From assembly GCA_964633185.1 (NCBI GenBank), contig CAZWFM010000001.1, forward strand, positions 1 to 33,689: 33,689 bases of DNA, given 5' to 3'. Source of the DNA: an uncultured Bacteroidales bacterium. Its GTDB lineage: Bacteria > Bacteroidota > Bacteroidia > Bacteroidales > UBA10428. The notes beneath the pieces are model-generated. The model ran no database searches and had not been told where the DNA came from. It worked only from the letters and a program-made list of their open reading frames with translations. The number at the start of each line of letters is the position of its first letter. The first letter of the stretch is position 1. Shown piece after piece: positions 8,712 to 15,732 of this stretch. Position numbers and translations under genes: made by a program.

Positions 8712-11513
8712 TTAGTAAATAGCAATTTTAGCAATTTTTCTGTTCATTTCTCCTCTTATTTCAAGAAAATACAGTCCCGGTTGAAAACCTGATACTTCGT
8801 ATTCAAAGTAATCTGAGTGAAGTTCTTGTTTAAAGAGCAATACACCATTTGTATTATACAAAGAAATATATTGATAATATTCATGTGGATTTTCAAACCG
8901 AACACTGAGATAAGGATATGAATAATTGATCATAATACCAGAATCCCAATTGTCAGAACCCGGATCAGTCAGTGAATTTGGATTTAATACTGTCAACATA
9001 AGATAGTCATACTCCGCAGTACCATCGTTGGCCATAACAACAGCTGTAACAGTTCCGACAGTTTCACCGGTTACAAGACCATTGACATCAACCGAAGCTT
9101 CTCCTGAATGTTCCTTTATTGACCAGGTGACAGATTGATCTGTTGCATTGGCAGGATAAATTTCTGCCTGGAGCTGCAGGGTTTGTCCAACTGAAACTTC
9201 AGGTTCCAATCCTTCTGCAACAGATAAATAGATGCTCTCAATTGAAACGACTTCATCATGGATTGTAATCATGAAATCATCATAAATGCCGGATCCGTCA
9301 TTGGCCTTTGCCCTTGCAGTTACAATTCCTGCAGAAATTGCAGTAACCAGTCCTGAAGAGTTAATTGCAGCTTCCCCGCTTTCGTTCATGATTAACCATG
9401 TTACACTCTGATTGGTAGCATTTACCGGTTGGACGTTAGCAATCAATTGTAATGTTTCGCCGGGAGAATCTATGGTAGATGATCCATTGGCTGATGTAAC
9501 ATTGATACTGGCAACCGCGAATTGTGGAGTTAAAATGTTAATGGAATAGTTTCCATAAATACCGGATCCATCATTTGCTGTTGCCCTTGCAATTACCGTT
9601 CCGGAAGAAATAGCAGTGACAAGTCCGGATGGATTAATGGTAGCTTCTCCGCTATCATTTAGAATTGACCAGGTAACAGTTTTATTTGTTGCATTTGATG
9701 GAAGTACTGATGCTGTTAGTTGCAATGACTCGCCTGGCAGGTCAATTGATGTAACACCACCTGGAGCTGTAATAATTATTTCTGATACCAAAACCGGTGA
9801 GTTTTGCAAAGTGATATCAAAATGATCGTATATACCTGACCCATCGTTCGCTGTTGCTCTTGCAGTAACCATTCCGGGGGCAACTGATGTAACCAGACCT
9901 GAAGTGTTGATTGTAGCTTCTCCGCTACCATTGATAACTGACCAGGTGACTGTTTTAAGGGTGGCATTTGTTGGTAACACAGACGCTGTTAATTGTAAGG
10001 TCTCACCTGGTCTTTCTATGGTTGCAGAACCATTCTGAGAAGTAATATTTATATCGGTAACATATACGGGAGGACCAGAAAAATCGGCTTCATAGGCACC
10101 GATGTCATAATGGTCAGGAATCCTGGGATTGCCTTCAATATCTGTTTCAACTTCAGGAATATTAACACCTGTGTTCACAGCTCCTGAGTTAAATGCCAGA
10201 TGATAATCATGATTTTCATAATCTGCAAAATCTGCAGGACCGGCAATGTATACATTGTTATCCACAAGACCATTCAATTCAGGAGGCATTGAATCTACGA
10301 AAATGCAATTTCGCATATCAAAGTTATCTCCAATATTTGTTCTGGCTTCAAAATAAGAAGGTGCTCGTTCGTGAATTCCAGGCCACCACAAGGTATCTAT
10401 ACTGTTATCAAAAGTGCAGTTCCAAATTTTCACATCATCCAAATCATCTTCAACCCATATTGAAGACCAATACGTATCGTATGTCATACAGTTCCACATG
10501 GTAACCAGAGGTGGTCCGGACATTGTTCCGGTCTGTGCGATAATATCAGCTCCCATCAATCTGAAACCTATAGCGCTTTCATATACTATTGTGTTCTTTA
10601 TAGTGGCATTGACTGACATATTAATGGCTACAGCCGGCCAGTCATGTTTGCCGTTAAATCCATGCAATACATTGTTGTCTATGTAAATATACGCCTTCCA
10701 GTCTGGGTTTGGACTGTTTGCAATCTCGTTAGCATCGGGAGTTTTTGTGTCAATACCATTTTCACTCCAGAAGGTATTTGCCGGAAGAGTATTAACCTCT
10801 GTGTCTAACATTCCGGACCATAAATGATTATTTGTAATAAACAAAGAATCCCATGTTGGGAAAGTTAAAGAACTTCCTGATTGTATACAATCTCCTGTAT
10901 TGTGGTGAATATTACAATTGTTAATAATCATATGATTACCGCTCCTGAACATGATACCATGAGCATCTCTTCTAATTCCTTCAGCTTCATGATTAACGCA
11001 GTAATAGACTTCACAACTGTCAATGACAGTATGATCCGATTCCGTTACCGTTAAACCATCTGTATGAGATTCATACCATTTACAATTGTAGAAAGTCCAA
11101 TAATCTGAACCAATTCTCAATTGTATTAAAGGATTTGCCCCATTGTTAAAATCACCATCCATATCAATTCCTTCCCATGTATAATGCGTGGCACTACTTG
11201 CAGCTCTGATTATATTGGTACCTGTCGATTTCAAAACAGGCCTATCGTTCAAATCATGAGCCTTAATAGTTATTCGTTCTGAATTGTTGCCGGAATTCGT
11301 GGGATTGATATACGTTGTAAGATTGTAAGTGCCAGGCATTACCCTGAGTGTATCTCCTGCACTTAATGCGTTCATAGCGCCTGACCAGGAATTAAACGGA
11401 TTGCTAAAACTTCCATCACCGTTACTTCCTCCATTGTGGATATACCAAGTGTTTTGTCCAAACGCCCAAGTTGTTGTGATCAATAAAATTGAAAATAGTC
11501 CTGTACACTTCAT
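8712..11513 (-). CDS. Secreted right-handed beta-helix protein, paralogue 2: signal peptide, beta-helix, four Big_2 modules, divergent T9SS-type C-terminal domain
   Basis: Signal peptide ...TTTWAFG|Q. The first ~475 aa align with paralogues 1 and 3 and are near-identical to paralogue 1 over residues ~183-340. Four Ig-like repeats follow, then a tail YPYLSVRFENP..ISLYNTNGVLLF..QPGLYFLEIRGE..KIAKIAIY. Confidence 0.85.
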   Translation of the reverse strand: MKCTGLFSILLITTTWAFGQNTWYIHNGGSNGDGSFSNPFNSWSGAMNALSAGDTLRVMPGTYNLTTYINPTNSGNNSERITIKAHDLNDRPVLKSTGTNIIRAASSATHYTWEGIDMDGDFNNGANPLIQLRIGSDYWTFYNCKWYESHTDGLTVTESDHTVIDSCEVYYCVNHEAEGIRRDAHGIMFRSGNHMIINNCNIHHNTGDCIQSGSSLTFPTWDSLFITNNHLWSGMLDTEVNTLPANTFWSENGIDTKTPDANEIANSPNPDWKAYIYIDNNVLHGFNGKHDWPAVAINMSVNATIKNTIVYESAIGFRLMGADIIAQTGTMSGPPLVTMWNCMTYDTYWSSIWVEDDLDDVKIWNCTFDNSIDTLWWPGIHERAPSYFEARTNIGDNFDMRNCIFVDSMPPELNGLVDNNVYIAGPADFADYENHDYHLAFNSGAVNTGVNIPEVETDIEGNPRIPDHYDIGAYEADFSGPPVYVTDINITSQNGSATIERPGETLQLTASVLPTNATLKTVTWSVINGSGEATINTSGLVTSVAPGMVTARATANDGSGIYDHFDITLQNSPVLVSEIIITAPGGVTSIDLPGESLQLTASVLPSNATNKTVTWSILNDSGEATINPSGLVTAISSGTVIARATANDGSGIYGNYSINILTPQFAVASINVTSANGSSTIDSPGETLQLIANVQPVNATNQSVTWLIMNESGEAAINSSGLVTAISAGIVTARAKANDGSGIYDDFMITIHDEVVSIESIYLSVAEGLEPEVSVGQTLQLQAEIYPANATDQSVTWSIKEHSGEASVDVNGLVTGETVGTVTAVVMANDGTAEYDYLMLTVLNPNSLTDPGSDNWDSGIMINYSYPYLSVRFENPHEYYQYISLYNTNGVLLFKQELHSDYFEYEVSGFQPGLYFLEIRGEMNRKIAKIAIY
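8715..8942 (-). other. T9SS-like C-terminal sorting domain of paralogue 2 (lacks the PNP motif)
   Basis: Beta-sandwich-like pattern: ISLYNTNGVLLFKQEL, GLYFLEIRG, terminal KIAKIAIY. Confidence 0.55.
8982..10064 (-). repeat. Four tandem in-frame Big_2-type Ig-like repeats (88-92 codons each, about 270 nt period)
   Basis: A repeated core appears four times: G(E/Q)(T/S)LQL(T/I/Q)A...P.NAT...V(T/S)W(S/L)(V/I)...SGEA..(I/V)...GLVT......V(T/I)A(R/V)....NDG(S/T). Residues ~484-844 of the 933-aa protein. Confidence 0.85.
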
Positions 11514-11657
11514 TATTAGTTCTTTAGTAGTTTTGTAATAAATTGATTTTCAATTAACTCGCCCAAGTTAATCTTTGCGGTATGTATAGCATATCGCTTG
11601 ATTTAAATACGTAAATAATTCAAAAATGTTGCTTTTTTTTGATTAATGTGATTCGGG

Positions 11658-13100
11658 TCAACGGTCACTTTGTATTTCAAATGCACCAATGTCATATTCA
11701 CCTGCTATTCTGGGATTGCAGTCAAAATCATCTGTAACTTCAGGAATAGTAACACCACTGTTAACAGCTCCTGAGGTTTCAACCAAATGATAATCATGAT
11801 TTTTATAATCTACAAAATCAGCCGGACTGGCTATGTATATATTGTTATCCACAACACCGACCAATTCAGGGGGCATTGAATTGACAAAAATTGTATTTCG
11901 CATATCGAAATTCTGTTTGTTGAAACTCACTCTGTCATCAAAATACGAAGGAGCCCGAACATGAATTCCCGGCCACCATAAAGTATCTATGCTATTATCA
12001 AAAGTACAATTCCAAATTCTTAATGAATCAACATTCGTTTGAGGCCATAAAGCTGACCAATACGTATCGTATGAAATACAATTGATCATTTTCACGATCG
12101 GACCTTTCGACATTGTTCCAATTTGTGCAGCGATACTTGGCCCCATCAAACGATATGCTATTGCACTTTCATATACTACAGTATTCTTAATAGTAGCATC
12201 CACAGACATGTTAATAGCTATTGCAGGCCAGTCATAATCACCATTAAATCCATGCAATACATTGTTGTCAATATAGACATAAGCCCTCCATCCTGGATCT
12301 TTGGATCGAGCAATAGTAGTACTATCTGGTGTCTTTGTATCAATACCGTTTTCACCCCAGAATGTATGTGCTGGCATGGAATTTACCACAGTGTCTACCA
12401 TTCCGGACCATAAATGGTTGTTTGTGATAATCAGTGAGTCCCATGTCGGAAAAGCTAACGAAGTTCCGGATTGAATGCAATCTCCTGAATTATGGTGAAT
12501 ATTGCAATTGTTGATAATTAGCTTATTACCGCTCCTGAACATGATCCCATGAGCATCTTTCCTCTCACCTTTTGCTTTATGATGCACACAATAATATATT
12601 TCACAACTATCAATCTTTACATGTTCGGTTCCTTCGATAACCAATCCGTCGGTATGTGATTCATACCATTTACAATTGTAAAAAGTAAAATGGTGTGTAC
12701 CTGCCCGTAAGTTAATTAATGGATATACTCCATTCAAAAAGTCTCCATCTATATCGATACCTTCCCATCTATAATATCCGACATTGAGTGTTCGAATAGC
12801 GTTTGTTACAGTAGTCGTTTTCAGTACAGGTCTGTCACTGAGATCATGAGCTTTTACAGTTATCCATTTTGAAGCATTCCCTGAATTTACCGGGAATATA
12901 TACGTTGTGAGATTATAAATGCCAGGCATTACCCTTAGTGTATCCCCTGCACTTAATGCATTCATTGCACTTTGCCAGGAATTAAACGGATCGTCAAAAC
13001 TGCCATCACCATTATTTCCACTATTATGAATATACCTTGTATTCTGGCTACATACCGTTATAAAATGCATAAGCATTAATGAAAAAAATAATTTTTTCAT
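11658..13100 (-). CDS. Secreted right-handed beta-helix protein, paralogue 3: signal peptide (possibly lipoprotein) plus the beta-helix domain only
   Basis: MKKLFFSLMLMHFITVCS|Q, then the same cap, turn and cap motifs as paralogues 1 and 2. It ends 5 residues after DIGAFE, with no Ig module and no sorting domain. Confidence 0.85.
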   Translation of the reverse strand: MKKLFFSLMLMHFITVCSQNTRYIHNSGNNGDGSFDDPFNSWQSAMNALSAGDTLRVMPGIYNLTTYIFPVNSGNASKWITVKAHDLSDRPVLKTTTVTNAIRTLNVGYYRWEGIDIDGDFLNGVYPLINLRAGTHHFTFYNCKWYESHTDGLVIEGTEHVKIDSCEIYYCVHHKAKGERKDAHGIMFRSGNKLIINNCNIHHNSGDCIQSGTSLAFPTWDSLIITNNHLWSGMVDTVVNSMPAHTFWGENGIDTKTPDSTTIARSKDPGWRAYVYIDNNVLHGFNGDYDWPAIAINMSVDATIKNTVVYESAIAYRLMGPSIAAQIGTMSKGPIVKMINCISYDTYWSALWPQTNVDSLRIWNCTFDNSIDTLWWPGIHVRAPSYFDDRVSFNKQNFDMRNTIFVNSMPPELVGVVDNNIYIASPADFVDYKNHDYHLVETSGAVNSGVTIPEVTDDFDCNPRIAGEYDIGAFEIQSDR

Positions 13101-13364
13101 AGAAAAATTCTCGTAAACTCAGTGTAAGATAGTTAATAATAGATAAGTAAAACAAGGGGATATCAGAATATTAAAAAAATCTCAATGACAATTATTAAAA
13201 CAATTTTCAGAGGTAAATAATGAATAAGTGTATAACTTCACAGACTGAGATTTTGTTCTCTTTATAATCATGTCTTACTCCTGAAAATCAACCAATCTAC
13301 AATTAAAGCTTGTCACGCATTTTATAAACTTACTGAATTCAAGAAGATTCAACTTTAAAGTACT

Positions 13365-14669
13365 CTACCAGCAGATACCTTCGTAATTCATAAGTGTCTC
13401 ATCTTTTGTGACTTTAACCAGATCCACAAATATTTTTTCGGAATATTTGGCGATAAGGTTTTCAAATTCATCTTCTCTATAAGTAATTACCAATACTTCA
13501 TTCTCCTCAACAACTTTCTTCAGGTTATCAGTTATTAAAGTTGATAAATGTGGGAGATGTTCGTCGATGTATGCTTTATTTGTTCCGGTAATATTAGAAA
13601 GATTTACATTTTTATCATATATCGAGACATTGTATCCCTTGCCGATAAGTTTTTCAACAAGATCAACTGCAGGACTATATCTGAGGTCATCGGTTCCTTT
13701 CTTGAAACTCAATCCTAATACACCAATGTTCCGCTTTTTGTATTTCGTTACAAGATGGAAAGCAATTTTTTTCTGGTATTCATTCGATTCGTGTATAGAA
13801 CTTAACAAGGGTGTTTTTAAGTAAGCATCATGAGCAATTGTACTTAGTCCTTGCAGATCCTTCGGCAAACAAGATCCACCATAAGCAAATCCCGGTTTAA
13901 AATAAGCTGTGGAAATATTCAATTTATTATCTGTACCGAATACCCTCATCACTTCATGAGAGTCGATCTTCAATGATTTACAAATGTTTCCAACCTCATT
14001 GGCAAAAGTAATTTTCAGGGCATGAAATGAATTGTTTATATACTTGATTATTTCTGCAACCTCGATAGTTGTTTCCAAAACAGATGAATTGATAAACGAA
14101 TAGAGCTCGTTCATAATTTTTAAAGCTTTCGGACTATCACTTCCCAGAACAGTAATGGCGGGATTATAATAGTCGGCCACAGCTGAACCTTCACGCAAGA
14201 ATTCAGGATTTGAAACCACGGCAAAATCTTCATTGCGTTTTTTTCCACTTTTCTCCTGGATAATTTCGGCGACTTTCTTATTTGTTCCAGGTATCACTGT
14301 GCTGCGTATTACAACAACATGAAAACTGTTCTTTTTTTTGATACCCTGACTAATATCTGCAGCAATTTGAATTATACTGTTCAAATTCAAGTGACCAGTT
14401 GAAGATGAGGGGGTTCCGGCACAAACAATTGAAATATCAGTGTCAAGTACAGCCTGGCATGAATCTGTAGTGGCCTTTATTAAACCGTTTTTTGAGCCTT
14501 TTGAGATCAATTCGTCAATTCCGGCTTCAATGATTGTTGGTTTGCCTTTATTAATGAGGTTGACTTTGTGTTTATTAATGTCAACACCAATTATTTTATG
14601 AGAGTTAGCTGCAAGACAACCAATACTAACACAACCTACATAACCCAATCCGAAGATAGAAATATTCAT
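13365..14669 (-). CDS. GDP-mannose 6-dehydrogenase (AlgD-like nucleotide-sugar dehydrogenase)
   Basis: MNISIFGLGYVGCVSIGCLA..H.IIGVDIN..KV.LIN.GK..I.E.G closely follows my recollection of the P. aeruginosa AlgD N-terminus. Also NPEFLREGSAV, VAEIIKY, GFAYGGSCLPKD, LGLSFKKGTDDLR.SP, and the AlgD-type C-terminus YEGICW. I place the start at the ATG at 14669 (Rossmann GxGxxG near the N-terminus, 16 nt after the upstream stop) rather than at 14720. Confidence 0.85.
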   Translation of the reverse strand: MNISIFGLGYVGCVSIGCLAANSHKIIGVDINKHKVNLINKGKPTIIEAGIDELISKGSKNGLIKATTDSCQAVLDTDISIVCAGTPSSSTGHLNLNSIIQIAADISQGIKKKNSFHVVVIRSTVIPGTNKKVAEIIQEKSGKKRNEDFAVVSNPEFLREGSAVADYYNPAITVLGSDSPKALKIMNELYSFINSSVLETTIEVAEIIKYINNSFHALKITFANEVGNICKSLKIDSHEVMRVFGTDNKLNISTAYFKPGFAYGGSCLPKDLQGLSTIAHDAYLKTPLLSSIHESNEYQKKIAFHLVTKYKKRNIGVLGLSFKKGTDDLRYSPAVDLVEKLIGKGYNVSIYDKNVNLSNITGTNKAYIDEHLPHLSTLITDNLKKVVEENEVLVITYREDEFENLIAKYSEKIFVDLVKVTKDETLMNYEGICW

Positions 14670-14685
14670 AACTAACAATTTTATT

Positions 14686-15708
14686 TTAGATTTGCTTTGT
14701 ATACATGTTAATTTTATCAATCAGGAAATTTGTAACATCTTCCCAGTCCTTTTCAAGCGTTGTCCTGAATTCATCCTGTTCCATGAATTGTTTGCCATTG
14801 ATCAAAATTTCCCTGCAAAAATCAATCAATTTTTCAGGTAATACTTTTGTGAGCATACCTTTCTCAATTAAGACATGATTGGCAGGCATTTCTCTTTCAC
14901 CACAGTATATACTGTGAACACCCAGCATACTCCCTTCACGGGCCATACTATCACCACTGGAGATGACAAGCTTGCTGTAGTACATAATAGAATGAATATC
15001 GGAAACCGGTTCTTCCAGTATGATCCAGTCAGTTGGATAAAGTGACTTATTTTTTTTCTTTTCAAGCGATAACACGATTTTTTGCGGGAACTCGCTAAAT
15101 TTTTCTGCTTGCCGCAAAATGATGTCTTTGTCCTGTGAAAGATAATTGCTTGTGCTGGTATCAACCTCTCTGATAAATACATAATTTTTTGACTTTAAGG
15201 TATAAGTTTGTAAAACTTCAGGATCGGGCTTAAAGTATTTTGGAGCCAGGTATGCCCATTCTTTAAGAGCATTAATTTTTTTGGTTTTTGGGATATCATT
15301 ACTAAAACATGGAATGTAAAGCTCGTTCGTTGAGAATTTATCAATATCAAAGGCTATTTTACGCGGATCATCAATAAATGCTATATTCGGAACCCTGTTC
15401 AATTTAGCAGCCAGATTTGCCTGGTAATGTGCTGTAATCACAAAATCATATTTGTTTCGGTGAATTAGTCTGTAAAGAGCATATACACGAGGGATCATTA
15501 TTCTGAACAACATTGAAAACCGACCTTTATTGTGTTTATAATCACCAAATACAATCAAATTGTACCCGGGACATTCCTTTTGAATTATTTTTACTATACG
15601 ACCTCGATTGATACAGCAAAGATCAACTTCATCTTTGTCAAGACTCAGTATTGTATTCTTGAAAAAGTTGAACTGTGGAATATGATAGAGGTCTATTAGA
15701 ATTTTCAT
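14686..15708 (-). CDS. DUF354-family protein (GT-B/2-epimerase-like fold, function unassigned)
   Basis: About 340 aa. The N-terminus MKILIDLYHIPQFNFFKNTILSL resembles the MKIWIDI.H.P.V.FFK..I..L signature I recall for DUF354. No TM segment or signal peptide. Confidence 0.5.
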   Translation of the reverse strand: MKILIDLYHIPQFNFFKNTILSLDKDEVDLCCINRGRIVKIIQKECPGYNLIVFGDYKHNKGRFSMLFRIMIPRVYALYRLIHRNKYDFVITAHYQANLAAKLNRVPNIAFIDDPRKIAFDIDKFSTNELYIPCFSNDIPKTKKINALKEWAYLAPKYFKPDPEVLQTYTLKSKNYVFIREVDTSTSNYLSQDKDIILRQAEKFSEFPQKIVLSLEKKKNKSLYPTDWIILEEPVSDIHSIMYYSKLVISSGDSMAREGSMLGVHSIYCGEREMPANHVLIEKGMLTKVLPEKLIDFCREILINGKQFMEQDEFRTTLEKDWEDVTNFLIDKINMYTKQI

Positions 15709-15732
15709 ATCTGATATGGATTTTTTTAGGTA

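Noticed and set aside
8982-10064. Regularly spaced repeats that could be mistaken for a CRISPR or other non-coding array
   Set aside because: The period is about 270 nt, far longer than a CRISPR repeat-spacer unit. The repeats are in frame within a long ORF and translate to Ig-like modules. No cas genes are present.
11553-11572. 7-bp hairpin ATTAACT-N6-AGTTAAT between paralogues 3 and 2, as a possible terminator
   Set aside because: The stem is short and AT-rich, and the minus-strand transcript has no adjacent U-run. It cannot be told apart from chance in AT-rich DNA.
6647-12413. Plus-strand ORFs antisense to the beta-helix paralogues (6647..6913, 7196..7579, 7687..7905, 9616..9825, 10193..10686, 12123..12413), some resembling each other
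   Set aside because: They resemble each other (for example VTRGGPDIVPV in both 7196..7579 and 10414..10686) only because the sense-strand genes are paralogous. The sense frames carry complete signal peptide, beta-helix, Ig and sorting-domain architectures.
6334-13100. Diversity-generating retroelement or phase-variable shufflon acting on the paralogues
   Set aside because: The window has no reverse transcriptase, invertase or recombinase gene, and no template-repeat/variable-repeat pair. Differences between copies are spread over all codon positions and residue types and are not adenine-specific. All three copies face the same way, with no flanking inverted repeats.
14670-14720. 17-codon N-terminal extension (MIKLTCIQSKSKIKLLV) of the dehydrogenase ORF
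   Set aside because: It would overlap the upstream gene by 35 nt and would place the Rossmann GxGxxG motif unusually far from the N-terminus. The ATG at 14669 gives the canonical MNISIFGLGYVG start.
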